Part shown: piece by piece, positions 1 through 20,438 of the stretch
Numbering within the stretch: position 1 is the first letter of the stretch
How the letters are laid out: every line of letters starts with the position of its first letter
Assembly (NCBI RefSeq): GCF_009914755.1
Contig: NC_060942.1
Strand: one strand, 5' to 3'
Length of the DNA stretch: 64,000 nt
From: the human T2T-CHM13v2.0 reference genome, Homo sapiens
The notes under the pieces: model-generated
Told to the model about the DNA's origin: nothing
Database searches by the model: none
What the model saw: the letters and a program-made list of their open reading frames with translations, nothing else
Position numbers and translations under genes: made by a program

Positions 1-1075
1 ATAAAACTGCTTTGAACAATTATGTACAGCTTTTTTGTGGACATAAGTTTTTATTTCTCCAGATCGATGTCCAGGAGTGAGGTTGCTGATTTTTATGGTC
101 ATTCTATGCTTATTTTAAGACTGACAAACTCTTTTCCAGAGTTACAGTTTTGTTTTACATTCCCACCAGCAATGCCTGGGACATCTAGTTTTGCCACATT
201 TGGCCGATGTTTGATGGAAGCGGTGCTTCCTCGTGGTTTGCGTGTGCCGTTCCGTTATGGCTGGCGACGTTGAGCACGTTCTTGCTGCATGTTTGCCATC
301 CTCAGGACTCTAGTAAAGTGTCTTTTCATGTCTTTTGCCCATTTTCTAATTGGATTTATTTTAAACTATTGATATTGAGAGTTCTTTATATATTCTACAT
401 AGGAGTCCTTTGTCAGATATGTGGCTTACAAATATTTTGTACTAGTTTGTAGTTTGTCTTTTCATCTTCTGCAAGGATCTTTACATATTCAAAGTATTTA
501 ATTTTATCAAAGTCCAATTGATTTTTTTTTAATGGGTTGTTCCTTTGATGTCCTGTTTAGGAACTCATCTTCCAGCCCTGTGCCCTGAGGATTTCTTCTT
601 GTGGTGGTTTTTTTTTTTTGTCCTAAAAGTTTTACATTGAGATCTGTGGTCTGTTGTGAGTTAATTACTGTATAAGATGTAAGGTTCAGGTCAAGGCTTT
701 GGGTTGTTGGGCTATGTATGTCCAAATGCTCTAGCGTCATTTATAGTGAAGACTCCATTCTCCATAAATTGCTTTTGTAAATGCATCAAAAGTAGTTGCC
801 ATACTTGTATGTTGGGGGGACTCTCTCTGGGTTCTTTATTTTGTTCCATTGATCTGTGTTTCTGTTCCTTCTTCAGTATCAAACAATCTTGATTACTGCA
901 GCCATCTGGTAAGTCTTAAAATCTGGTGGGCTGATTTCTCCCATTTTTTCTTCCTTTTTCCCCCACATTGTTTTAGCCATTCTAAACAACTTTTAGCTGT
1001 TTTAAACAACTTTACCTTTCTATACACATTTTAGAATAATCTTGCCTATATCTTTAAAGAAAGTCTTCATGGGAC
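1..1075 (-). mobile_element. Old L1 (L1M-type) ORF2/3' fragment
   Basis: Antisense L1 phrases such as tttacattcccaccagcaatg, ttttgcccattttctaattgg and tcttgattactg. Confidence 0.75.
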
Positions 1076-2093
1076 AATGATAGTCATGAAGTCTGCACCT
1101 GTTGGCATTTATGGGTGGCCGGGTTCTTCATTTGCTAGTCTGAGATAAAAAGGGCAAGATGAAAACAGGAAATCACCACTGTCCTTTCTTGATACCCGAG
1201 GAATTGAGCTGGACTGCACTTTTCCTCCTCTTGTAGAATCATCATCATTTTTAAAAATTTAATGTTCAGCATTTTTTGCTTTATTTAGGAAGAATAAGAA
1301 AGAGTACATCTGCTCTATCTTTCTGGAAGTAAACTTCCCTTAAAGGTTTTATTCATTTTCTGTTTTTTAAATTGGATCTTAAACTTTATTCTAGGAATTT
1401 TCACTGCATGAAGCTATAGTGTAATGGACTGCTGCGTCACCATCGTCCCCTGGAAGACTGCTCATTAAATGGCCAGTCTTGCTTCATCCGTATGTCTCAT
1501 TTGGATGAAATCCTGTGTATAATTTGATTGCATTAACAAATTCAGCATTTACAGATTACAACCACAATTCCATTATCATACCATAAACTATTGAACAGGG
1601 ATTTCTTAGATTAACGCTTGGTGAGTCTCCTGGTTTCTGATTGTCTCACACACTTCTTACAGTTGATCTGTTCCAGTCAGGATGCGAGGGCCCTTCTCTT
1701 GCGCTTGGTACAGGTGTCTCTCAAATCTGTTTTCTTCTAAAACAATTCCTTCTCTTTCTTTGTTTTTTATTTGTTGAAAAAACAGGGTTATTGGACATAG
1801 AGAATATCTGATATTCTAGATTGTGTGAGTGCATACACAAAACAACCATGTTATTAATTAATACATTCCTTTATATCCTGTATTTTTGTTAACTGGTAGG
1901 TGGATCTAAAGGGTTGATCATACTCATTTTTGGTTTTCTTTTAGCTTTTCATTTTTTTGGTTAAAGAATACTATAGCAATGCTCCTGTATAGTCCTGTTT
2001 CTAACTCCAGGCAGATGTCTACATGTCTCTCTTTTAGTGATGAATAAATACAGGTGCTATCAACTGATCTTCCCAGTGTAAAGTTCTTCATCA

Positions 2094-2419
<326 letters not shown>

Positions 2420-2624
2420 TCAAAAGTCACCTGGATGAATTCTCTCTGTGATTAAACTGAATTATGTTTTATACGCTGCTTTTTATTTTTTAGGAGTTTT
2501 TTAAAAGTTTGGTGTAATTTGGCTTTTTAATTATATAAAATGTATCTGGTTTTAAAGTGAACAGTATAAGATATATTCAAAAGGCCTAGCATCTATTCCT
2601 GTTCCCTTCCTGCCTCTATAGGTA

Positions 2625-3110
2625 TTATACACACATACATGCGTACACAGATATATGTGCACACACACAGAAGCATTTGCATGCATACAGATACACTCAC
2701 ACACAGAGGCACACACATAGAAACACAGATTTGCATGCCCTCACATCTGTCACACAGATATGCATGCATGCGTACATAGGTACACTTGTGTGCACACAGA
2801 TATGTTCACACACCAATATGCACACACACAGAAACACACAGATCCTCAGGTACTTGTTCACAGTTATACATGCATATTATACACAGATACCCATGTACAC
2901 AAACATACACACAAGCACACACAAATACATATGTACACATGCATGTGCACACACAGATACGCTTGTGCACACACAGCACACACAAGTTAGCCATGCACGC
3001 GCACACACATATACATGCACACACACAGATACACACATAGATACATATCCACACACAGATGAACATGCATGTATACAGTTATATATGCATAGAGATCTGT
3101 ATGGACGTAT
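2625..3110. repeat. Degenerate (CA/TA)n alternating purine-pyrimidine tract
   Basis: About 480 bp of cacacacag/atacatgcatg motifs. It produces the His/Thr- and Val/Cys-rich ORFs. Confidence 0.9.
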
Positions 3111-3987
3111 ACAAATTCTCTCTCCTCCCTCCCTTGTTCTTAACTATAATGTATTTTTCTATATATAATGTCCTGCACCTTACTTTCTTTATTTCACAAT
3201 CTATATCCTAGAGATCTTTCCATGACAGTGTATTGAGGTCATCTTGTTTGCTTTACTTTCTTCTCTCTGTATTGCCGTATGTGCTCTGTTTTATTCAGCT
3301 CGTCCTCTGTTTGTTCCCCTTTGTTTCACAACAGTCTTCTGTTATTATAAATAATGCTGCAAGGAGCAGCCTTGTGTGTATGTCATTTTGTGCTTTTGCT
3401 ATTCCATCATTAGAATAGATTCTGAGAAGTGGGATGATAGCACGGCCAAAGAGTAGTGGATTTTCATAATAGAATATCTTAGCATGTTTGAAACTGGATA
3501 GGCCTGAGAGCATATGGTAACATTTACCTGGGTCTTAGCATTGTAGCTGTGCTTTTATGATTGAACATTTTTTATGACGGTAAATCTGGTATTTTATTAG
3601 CAAAATAATACTATACACTGTTGGATATTTTTGTGTATTTGTTATTTTGTTATTATCAAAACATACATTGAAAGTAGAAATGATCAATGCAGTTTTTCTA
3701 AAATAGAAGGCTGATTAATGTTAAACCTTAATAGGCAAGAACAGCAAATAGGAAATAAGTGATTTAAAAAAATATAATGGCCTACATCTTTTCATGAAAC
3801 CTGTTTTGTGAATCAAGGAACATTGTGTAAAATAAAAGTTTTTAAGGAGTTTTGTTCCTGGGAATATCTAGATTGTTATTTCTTTGTCCTACTGTGCCCT
3901 GGAATTATTCTTTGATGGCACCTGTAGCTCAGGAAAAACCTTCTGTAACAATTCAAGAGTGGTAAATTTTTATTCTCTACTTCCAAG

Positions 3988-4082
3988 GTTCGTGTTTTAT
4001 TCGAACTGATCAACTAGATGGTGAAACTGACTGGAAGCTGAAGGTGGCAGTGAGCTGCACGCAACAGCTGCCGGCTCTGGGG
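3988..4082 (+). CDS. ATP9B: ATP9B coding exon, 95 nt, phase 1->0, (G)[31 protein letters not shown]; contains the P4-ATPase actuator DGET motif
   Basis: Acceptor ttctctacttccaag|GT and donor GGG|gtgagc. Translation gives [10 protein letters not shown]. Confidence 0.97.
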
Positions 4083-4410
4083 GTGAGCAGCACCAAGACT
4101 ACTCCATCCTTTTATCTTCAATGGTAGTTTCTAGGCTTCACGTATATTTCTGTTTATACCAGCTAATTTATTTAATGCATTGAGAATTTGTTTTATAATT
4201 TCTTTATTCCTCATGAAGGTTCATTGAAGAATTGTGCCAAAATAATTTCTGTGATGTCTTAGCACATAATCAGTTTTAGGTAATTGTGAATTTTCTTTGA
4301 CACTTAGGTTTTCTTTCTCCTTCTGCTCACCTTCCTGCCCTTCCTCCCTGTCCTTGCCCCCTTCCCCCTCTTCCGCCTCCTCCTCCTCTTAATGTCCTTT
4401 TCCTTTTTCA

Positions 4411-4716
<306 letters not shown>

Positions 4717-5334
4717 GATAAATTTTTATTTCTTATTTGGCTGTGTGCTCCTCTCCTTTGCGACTTTGTATTGATATTTGCCAATTAAAAAGTACATACA
4801 TGCTCGTGTGTGTAGAATCTTTCAAATCAGTAAAACCAGATATTCACAAATGAATATCTGTTTTTAATTTTCACTTAGGCACATAAAAGTGTTTTTCTTT
4901 CTTCTATTTTCTCTCTGTACCTCACATGGACTTCATTAGCCTTCAGGTCAGAAGCTCTATTTGAAAATTGTCCAAGCTGCTTCTCTGGGTCAGGCTTCTC
5001 AGTCAAAGCCAGGCAGTGAAGTGCTGCTCAGATGATTTGTTTTCATGGGTTTTTAATTTTCAGTGTTCTATGATTGTTTACTTAAATTATCTAGGATACT
5101 ATGCATAATTTATATGTTTAGAGTTATTACAACTTAACATTTTTCCGTGGTCAGTGAATGAAGGAAGGTAGGTTCTACTGGACCAACAGATGAGCAGATT
5201 GGAGAGGTTGGGCAGTTGACAGCTGCCTTTTACCTGCTTGGTGGTGGGTAGAGTCAACCAGGCAGCTATTAAATAGTGAAGTTATATGTCAGGGAGCAGC
5301 ACCTCCTCACCTGAGGATGGGGCTGGGGTGTGTG

Positions 5335-9830
<4,496 letters not shown>

Positions 9831-12109
9831 GTTACCACAACATGACTTGTAGAAGCCCTTGATTAATTTTTAATGAAAAATATTAAGTTCCTTGTGGATG
9901 AAACAAACTGCATGACATTTCAAATTATAATTAAACTAAAACAAACAGTTATTTGTTTATTGAGAATTTGCTTGTTGGTAGGGATCTACCTGCTGGGAGG
10001 CCTGTGACTGCCCTGCAGAGCCTGGATGCCGGCCCTTCTGCCACCTTTAGATGTTCCTGCCCTCTCTTCAGGGGCATTCCTTTAAAAAAGAAGTGGATGT
10101 CAATTTTGAGTCCTGATTCTAATAGTAATGTGTGCATTGAAAATAATACACAAATCACAAAATAGAAAAAAACCTGCCAGTCTGCATTGGCCATCAGAGC
10201 ATTTTGGTATAAATCCTTTCTGACAGTACCTTCCCCTAGCCACATTCTTGCATGGTTGGATAATGCTGTATATTACTGTTTTTACTAGTAGAATATTTAT
10301 TCAACAATATGCTATGGGTCATCCTTTCATGTTAGGAATTGTGTATCCTTGCAAGTGTTTTATTAGCTGCATAGTTTCTGACAAATTATAGCTTCCATAG
10401 CTGACCTGATATTGGTAAATTTAAAAGATATCATTTTGAAATTCTAGATTTAAAAAAAAGCATATTTCAAGAATTTTGATTATTTGGCCAAAATGCTTTT
10501 CAGAAGACTATGCAACTTATCTACTGTGTATTAATTAATCAATTAATCTTTCACTGTTTTCCAATCTGATAACTGTAACAATGGTATCCCATTTAAATTT
10601 ACATTTGTTTAGTTTTTTAATGTGTGAGATTGAAGATAATTCTTACCTAAGAAAATGTATTTCTCATATTTTTATTTTCTAAGTCTGTTCATGTTATCTG
10701 CTAAAGTTTGTTAATAATTTTTTATTTTCCAATGTTTCTAAATACTTCGTTTATAGTTTCTGTTGCCCATATAAAAGTTCAGTGTATTTAGATAATGTGA
10801 CCTACCAATATTTTTTTCAATGATTTCTGCTTTTTGGTTTTATGCTTTGACTATTTCTACTCATGATTATATTTTAAATAATTAGTTTTAAAATAATTCC
10901 TGCTTTCCATACAAAATCTGATTATCTACCATTTTTGGGGGGAGTATTTTTTTTTTAGTTTAAAGTTAAAAAAAAAAAAAGAAAAACAGTAAGTTGCACC
11001 AGTACCATTCACTGAAGAACTTTTTTGTTAGATTTTTATTTTTGCACAAATTTAATATTGTCCCCATATGTTTATACAATTCTAATTTCTCAACATCAGG
11101 GTATCAGCGTATCTGTTTCTCCATAACTTTACCCAGTACACATTGCAAATATATTCTCCAATCTGTTTCTTAACTTCTGGCCTTATAATATCTTCGCTAT
11201 GTAAATATTTCAAATTTTATTTAGGTAAATATTTATATGTTTTCTTTTATTGTTTATATGTTTTTCTTTATGCATTTATAGGCTTTGTCTTGTACCAGGA
11301 GGCTGTTTGCCCACCAGTATTCATTTATCATTTTAACCACTTTTAAATGTTTGTCAGTAGGTGGAATCGAAAAGTGAGAGCCAAGTAATTTGCATTTACA
11401 CTATTATAATTATTAAAATAGTTCCTATAGTTCCAGCTGATGCACAAAGACCTAGCAGAGGGAAGTTGAATCTTTCACTTAGTATGTGTGGCTAAAGAAT
11501 TGTTTGAGAGTTAAGGTTAAGTAGGTTTTTTTGTTTGTTTGTTTGTTTTTTTAATTTCATGTTATGAGCTGAGCAGAATCGTGCGTCACTCCAGCCTGCA
11601 TCTTCTGTGTCATCATTTCCCTCCTCAGCCCTTTCTCATCCTCGCTCTGCTTCCCAGGGTTTTCGACTTGCTTTTGGTTTTTTTTTATGTTGTGAAATAA
11701 GTCTGTTCTATTATCTTATTACTTGACATCTAGCTTATTGTTCTCATACTATTTATTAAGGTAAGTTTTATCATAGAGACATTCTTGCAGCCTATTGACT
11801 TTCTAATGTAATTGGAACTGATTGCTGGGTTAGTGCTACTGTTTCATGGTTACATATTTCCTCCTTGTGTCCTTCTTTTTCTTGTGTACATACTCAAGTA
11901 ATCTCTGCAGAACTAAAGGGATAATATGAGTCCTTAAATGACTGGAGGGGATTTTGGTTGGCTGTAACACTTGGACAAAAGCCCCACCCTCTGCATCCTC
12001 CTCCTGAAGAACCTTCCAAGAATTCTAGGGTCCCTGGCAGTAAGCAGCTTGGGAGCAAGTCACACTAAATGATAATTTTCTAACAGATTTAATTTTGCTA
12101 AGTGTAGTA

Positions 12110-12425
12110 GAAAAGAAAGTACAGAATCAAAACACTATATTAGAAAAAATTTGTCTGAAAAAAAAAAACCCAAAAAATCCAGCCAAGCAAGGATGTCGGT
12201 ACATGTTTCCATTAACATACAATTCTGTACAAGCGATCAGCAGGTGACAGAGGTTAGCAGTGCAGGGATAGGCGGGTTGCATGGGGGCACGGGGATACTT
12301 TTGTGAGTAATGAAAATGTTCAGTATCTTGAGGTGGTGGTGGTCACAGGCATACACATATATCAAAACAAAATGGTACACTTTAAACGTGCAGTTATTGC
12401 ATGGAAATCACACCTTATGAAGTAG
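12110..12425 (+). mobile_element. L1M 3'UTR fragment
   Basis: aatgaaaatgttcagtatcttg...gtacactttaaacgtgcagttattgcatg. Confidence 0.6.
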
Positions 12426-14439
12426 TTACAGATTTTCATACTGTTATCTATAACTTTGAGTAATGCTCTTTGCCATGATTATAGGAAGTGACATTTTATT
12501 ATCTTCAATATTATAAGGATACTTTCTTTATTTTTATTAGTGACAGATATATACACATATAAATTCAAAAATATGTACAGAATTAAAATAAATAATTCGT
12601 ACAATGCAACTTTAACATTTTCGTGGCCAGTACACTTTGATACAGAGTCTGATTAAGGATTTTAGTGACATAACTATATGGTAAATGAAAACATTTTAAT
12701 TTTTGCTGTTACCACACCACCAAAAAGCAGTATATCCTAGGAAAAAAGGAAGTTCAACTGAATATCTGATTCATTAATCAATTTTATATTTTAGCTTCAC
12801 ATAACTTGGCATATTAGGTATAGATCTTTTTTCTATAGAGAAGAAAGCTCTGATTTCATTATGGATATGGGCAAGGCAATTGAGTTTTTCATGTAATAGC
12901 TTATGCCCGTAATCATCCCTCATTCTGACATTCGTGTCTCTCGTGGTGTAGATCTGAGGGTCTTCTGTGTTGTGAGCTGTTTGTTGTATCACAGTTGTGT
13001 CACATCAGACTGTGTCCATGGTGACAGCCAGGCTGAGTAAACTTAGAGACCTAAGAACTCATCTGGAAGAGCTGAGGACACAGCCAAGAATAACCTTTGT
13101 CCATTCTGTTATATTCTCAGAGAATTAAAATTTCAGAGTCATGTAATAATAACTGTGCTGCAGAGCCTGTAATGGCAGGTGCAGTTTCTTGTGGCTTCAT
13201 AGCTGTCTGGAGGCACAGTTTTCAGGCGTTGTAGACATTTGGGAAATATGTTTCTGGCTTTTGTGATCAAACAAATTTATTAACAACCACAAGGCCACAG
13301 TAACTTTCAATAAATCATGACATGCTGATTTATTTCAAAAGATCCGTATAGCAGTAAACAATACCATTTACATTTAATTAGTTTTATTGAACGAAAGGCA
13401 ATTTTATTTGTAATGAACCACATGTTATGATTAAGGATGTATTTTAATGACCTTTAAGTAATGCGAACAAGTGTTGGCCTTGACCTCACAGCAGAGGCTT
13501 TCCTCCGTTATTGAAAACTTCAGAATGATTTTTAAATTATCGTGAAAAGCTTCGAATGACATTCTCATTATTGTGCCATTTATTCAGTCATTTGATGTCT
13601 ACTATACTAGATGAAATGCATTACTCTAAATGCTGATGTGTGTGTAGAAATGAGCTTGCCAGCCTGTTTTTTATTTTCATGTATCAAAAAGTAGTTTGAG
13701 GTATGAAAGTTTCATGTTTTGAAAATTACTGTGACAGTGTCATATTTAAATGATGAGTGATTCTCAGACTTGCCTTATCCCTGGAATCACTTGACTGCTT
13801 ATTAAACATTCTAGTAGAAGTTTCATAATTCTCAAGTTACTAGAGAATATTTCTTTTCATGTAAACTAGCTTAATTTAAATAAATTTTTGCTATTAATAG
13901 TACATAGTCTAAGCTACTATAACAGTTGCACTGTGGTAAACTAGTATGTTCAACCTTCAGTCCACCCTTCCTGCAGCCTCTGTTCTTTAGAAATTTGGAA
14001 ACTAGCCTGCACGTATTTTTCACAGTTTCTTGAAAGGTGTGTGAATTTGCTTTCACATTGAATGTACTTTCACAGAGCTTGTAAGGCAGGAGTGAGGAGG
14101 AGGTATCTTTTTGCCTGTGTGTTCTCTGCTGACAGGTGTCCTCATGGGTCTGAGTTCCTGCTCCCGCTCTCCAGCTTTAGGGCTTGGGTGGGAGTGCACT
14201 ATGTGCATGGTGGTCTCCAAACCACGTGTCTCAGATGTGATCCTTGCCATAGTGCTTTCCTTGGATGGATATTTTGGTAACATTCTGAGAGTAGCTTTGG
14301 AGCTTCAGTCCTGAACTTCATCCTTTCACTGATTTGGGAAGCATCTTGTTCTGTGTATGAAATCACTTTCTGCTACACTGTCTAGGGTGGCTTCTGTTTC
14401 CTGTACTGAAATGTGACTGACGCACCTTAAATCAAAACA

Positions 14440-14690
14440 GATTTTCACCCTCACAGTAGCCCAGGTGGGTGGTCAAAGGGTGATAGGGCAACTTTGTCAT
14501 CTCTGATACGTGGGTTCCAGTGACTGCCCCACCTCCACACTGTCCCACAGGGGAGGTTCGGAAGGAAAGGCCTGGTGAGTACTTGGACTCAAAGGGGCAC
14601 ATGTCCTTTCGCATGCTCTGCTGGCCAGAATCAGTTACCTGGTCCTAACCAGCTGCAAAGAATGCTGAGAAATGCATTCTTTAAGTGAGA
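14440..14690. mobile_element. MLT1-type (MaLR) LTR fragment
   Basis: ggccagaatcagttacctggtcctaaccagctgcaaagaatgctgagaaatg resembles the MLT1 end. Confidence 0.5.
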
Positions 14691-16241
14691 ACCACCTACA
14701 CATCTACAGCTCCGAAGTTCTATTTTTCAAAGGAAATGGGAAGAAATATGGAAGGTGGTCTCTGCCGAGCCATTTCTTCATTTTGTTTCCCGTTGAGTGT
14801 CTGATTCCCCCTGTGCTGCTGCTGAATGGAGTGCACAAAACCATTCCAGCAGTTCTCAGAGGACTGTGCTGCCCTGAGAACAGGATGCTCCCTTTAGCAT
14901 TGCTGTTATAATTCCCTGTTTCATTAGCATCAGTTGTTTCCCATGCATTCTTCAAGGAACTCAGAGCAATTTACAAATTTGTATGGTAATGACTCACATA
15001 GATTAAAATAGAAAAATGAATGAAATATCAACAGAAAAATAGTAAATATGTCTTCTAGAAATGAAATATGCCATATCAATTTTAGGTGATCGAATCTTCT
15101 CTGTTAAAGATTTTTTTTTTAAGTGATTGAGCATGACTTACAACTCTCCAGTCCCTTTAAGAAGAGATCTGGCAGGCAAGAGTCCTGTGTAGAAAACATG
15201 AGGACGCCCTTTAGCTGTGCTACCCCTTTTCTGAAAGGATTATTGGAATGCGTGTGTAGAATCAACAGGAAAGAGAAAGCCCGGTGCAAATGTAAAAGCC
15301 CAGCCCAGAGGAAGTAGGTGTTCCAGGAACAGAAAAGAATAAATTCAGATGTCTAATGTACTTGAAGAAATATGAGAGGATGTTACTAACAACCTAAATA
15401 AAACAAGCTATGAAAAAGGATCATGTGGAAAATAAGAGCTCTTAGAAATATATATGGTTGCTGAAATTTTAAAAAAGTAAATAAGAGTGGAAAATGAATT
15501 GTTCTACGTCCCTCAGAATACAGGCCAAGGTTGGGAAATACAAATTGATGGTTACCAGTTTTAGCTCGGCCCTCGGTGCTCCCTGTAATCCTTGTTAGAA
15601 GTTATAATCAACTGTGGTTCCTCTTACTGATGACAGTGCTTTCAGACTTTTCCACTCTCCTTTGATTTCTGATCCACCTGTCTTTTCCTTCACCGGTAAG
15701 ACCAGTTTGTCTTACCTTACATGGAAAAAGCATTCTATCAAATGGAAATTCCTTCAATATCCCATTAATAAATAAAGAACATTACCTCTATTCTCCCATT
15801 TTGCTATAATTGCAATAAAGAATCCTTCTAAGAATAATTATTTTATAGTTTTCAACTGAGCTTATCAAATTGTGCTTTTTAGAGACCTTGGTAGATGAGT
15901 AGTTTCTTCTCTCTTTTTCTAATCTTTCTCTGTTGGTTTCTTTCTGTTATCTCTTAAGGCCTTCAAGTGTACCTCGGCTTCTCAAGTCTTCCTTTAGATC
16001 TTTCTTCAATTTTACTGTAATTGAATATTTTTAGAATACTATTTTATCTCTTGGCTTTTTAGCATTTTTTTTTTTTTTAGTTTGCAGTATTCTGTTAACT
16101 AAAATATGCCTTTAACTAGAGTTTTTTAACTAGTTACAGTATGCCTTTAACTAGAGTTTGCAATATGCCTTTAACTAAAAGTGTATTGTGAAAAGTAAAA
16201 ATTGTACCATTTCACATAAAATACAAGAATTTTGTCCTTGA

Positions 16242-17625
<1,384 letters not shown>

Positions 17626-17683
17626 TACTTTTTAATATGTAGTATATCTACACATATCATAAACTGTTCCAGCCCTTTTTATT

Positions 17684-17685
<2 letters not shown>

Positions 17686-17727
<42 letters not shown>

Positions 17728-18020
17728 TATATTTTTGGCACAGAGTTTTGCTCTGTCACCCAGGCTGGAGTGCAGTGGTGCGATCTCGGCTCACTGCAAC
17801 CTCTGCCTCCCGGGTTCAACCAGTTTTCTCCTGCTTTAGGCTCGTGAATAGCTGGGACTACAGACGTGCAGCAGCTTGTGTGGTTAATTTTTGTATTTTC
17901 AGTAGAGACGGAGTTTCTCCATGAGGGCCAGGCTGCTCTCAAACTCCTGGCCTCATGTGATCCACCTGCCACGGCCTCCCAAAGTGCTGGGATTACAGGC
18001 ATGAGCCACCGTGCCTGGCC
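17686..18020 (-). mobile_element. Alu (AluS) whose tail region carries a (CA)n microsatellite (17686-17722)
   Basis: Antisense Alu with ttttatttata on both flanks. Confidence 0.92.
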
Positions 18021-18029
18021 CATTTTATT

Positions 18030-19480
18030 TATATTTTAAAGGAATTAAGATTAAAAACAGGATTTGGGGGTTTTTTTTAAATATTTACTTAGATATTTAC
18101 TACTTTTGTTCCTTACCATTCCTTCTTGAAGATATGAGTTTCTGCCTGATATTGTTTCCCTCTGCTGATATTCCTCTGGTGGATGTCTGCTGGAATGGAG
18201 TTCTCATTTTATTTATTTGACAGTGTCTTTATTTCACCTGTATTCTTAAAGAATATTTTTGCTGGATATTGAATTCTGGCTTGACAAGTCTGCCTTCCAC
18301 ACCCTCCACCCCTCACTTTAAATATTTTGTTCCATTGTCTTCTGACTCCATTATTTATAATGAGAAATCAGTGGTATTTTGATAGTTCTTCTCTTGTGTA
18401 TAATGTGTTATTTTTCTTTAGGTATTTTTGAGATTTTTTTTATTTTTGGTTTTTAGCAATTTGATTTTGATATTTTTAAATTTTATTTATGTGTTTAGGG
18501 GTTTTCTGGACATCCTGAATCTGTACATTTCTGGCTGACAGTAAATTTGGCATATTTTTAGTCATTATTTCTTCAAGTAGTTTTTGTTTTTTCATCCTCT
18601 CTCTGTCCACTCATTCTGAACCCCAGTTACATGCATGTTAGACTCCGCGATATTCCCTTCATGGTTCTATGACTGTATTCATGTTCAAAATAATTTTTTC
18701 CTGTGTCTTTTTGAATCATTATCTCTTGACCCGCATTTAGATTCACCATCATCTGTAATCTGTTAATCCCATCTAAAGAATTTATTGCAGACATTGCATT
18801 TTTTCAATTTTGGAATTTCCATGTGCTTCTCTGTTCTTAAATACACTTTCTCTTTCTTTGTTGTGATTTCCTACTTGCTTACTCGTTAGGAGCATGTTTT
18901 TCTTTAAGATGTGCTAAAGCTGCTTTGAAATTCTCATTTCTTAATGCTGAAGTTTGACCATCTCAGGGCCAGTCTTCACTGATCATGTTCTTTCTTGATT
19001 ATGGACCTTGTGTTTTTGTTTCTTCATATGTTTAGAAATTTGGATCATCTCTTCATTTTTTTAAATGATTCATTGTAGAGAGGCAGGATTCAGGATTCTG
19101 TTAGGTTCTCCTGAAGAGTACTGGTTTTTTGTTTGGTTCTGTTTTAACTGGTAGCTAACTTGACTGAAGTCAAACTGCAGACTCTACCTTTCTGGCATTA
19201 GGGAGCTGCTGTGGTGTTCTCGGTTCCATTCGTTTAGTGGATATAGTTTAGGGCATGATAGGTTAGGTGTCAGAATGAGATCATACACAGATTCGGCCCC
19301 TTCTGAGGCACTCTCCTTTCTGAGCTTCCATTTCTTTCTCACTTTGCAGCTGCTGTGGTCACCCTAATCTCTCACCTCTGCTTCTTCATGTCTGGGAGTC
19401 TGGGAGGTTTCTGTTTGAGTTTTAGCAGCCATGACAGAACTTTATACACTCACACGTACAGAATGGAAATCAAAATTATA
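18030..19480 (-). mobile_element. Old L1M ORF1/5' region fragment
   Basis: gtctttatttcacc...aaagaatatttttgctggatattgaattctggcttgaca; tcattatttcttcaa; ccagttacatgcatgttagac. Confidence 0.7.
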
Positions 19481-19514
19481 GAAATGGCAAACTCTGTGTG
19501 TTAAAGGGTCATGG

Positions 19515-19690
19515 GTTGGGGGGCGGGTCACAAGACCACCCGAAATTAGATGGTTTATTAGGAGGACTCCCAGGACTCAGCATATGATCCTCCCCCTGGC
19601 TGTGATTTATGACAGCAAAAGCATACAGCAGAGTCAGCAGCGAGAAGAGGCACTGGGGTGGCGTCCATTGGAGACCAGGCTCAGCCTTGC
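19515..19690. mobile_element. MER21-like LTR fragment
   Basis: caagaccacc...ggaggactcccaggactcagcata...tgatttatgacagcaaaagcataca. Confidence 0.6.
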
Positions 19691-20357
19691 CTCTGGAGAC
19701 TTTCTGATTTAACCTTTATGTGTAGCCAATGAATGAAGCAACCTAAACCCTATGTCTTTTCTGCTCTAAAATTAATGGTATGAAAGTAGCCATGATGTGT
19801 GTTTCGTGAAAGCTTTCCCATGTGATTGTATAAGTATGTGTCATGAGCATGTGATTCAGACACACAGGACAAGCATGTCTTCATGGCTGTAAGGAAGGCC
19901 ACCCTTAGCTTATAGTGACCAGTGCCTGCTTGAATGAAAGCATGTAAACAGATCTAGGAATTTATTAAACTGTTTTATAAAACTTGTGAGGAATTGCGAT
20001 GGTTCCTTATTTCCCCCTGAATACTTTGATACCCAGGTGACTTCAAGATACTCCTAAACAGGCTCCACCTCTACCATTGGAGCCCCCTGGACAGGCCCCG
20101 GGGCTGCCTGTTTTGAGTGTCTCCTGCATGATTTTGACTCACACCTGCTGTTCAAAAGCACACCCTGTCAAGCTTAAAAATGGTTTCTTTCTTTATCTGA
20201 CATTCTAATTTATAGTGTTGGCACACAAAAATCTAAGAAAATCAATGATTGCTTTTGGTAAATAATATATGAACAATATTAATCAGCAAATGAGAAATTT
20301 CCAAGTAATTTTACTAAACTATAACATTCTAATCGATTCAAATGTTCTGTATTCCAG

Positions 20358-20438
20358 GACCTTTTTTCTATCAGTGCTTATGTTTATGCTCAGAAACCAC
20401 AAATGGACATTCACAGTTTCGAAGGCACATTTACCAGG
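20358..20438 (+). CDS. ATP9B: ATP9B coding exon, 81 nt, phase 0->0, [27 protein letters not shown]
   Basis: Acceptor ttctgtattccag|GAC and donor AGG|gtaagt. Continues the frame of the previous exon. Confidence 0.97.

Noticed and set aside
2677-3168. His/Thr- and Cys/Val-rich ORFs
   Set aside because: Translation of a degenerate CA/TA repeat.
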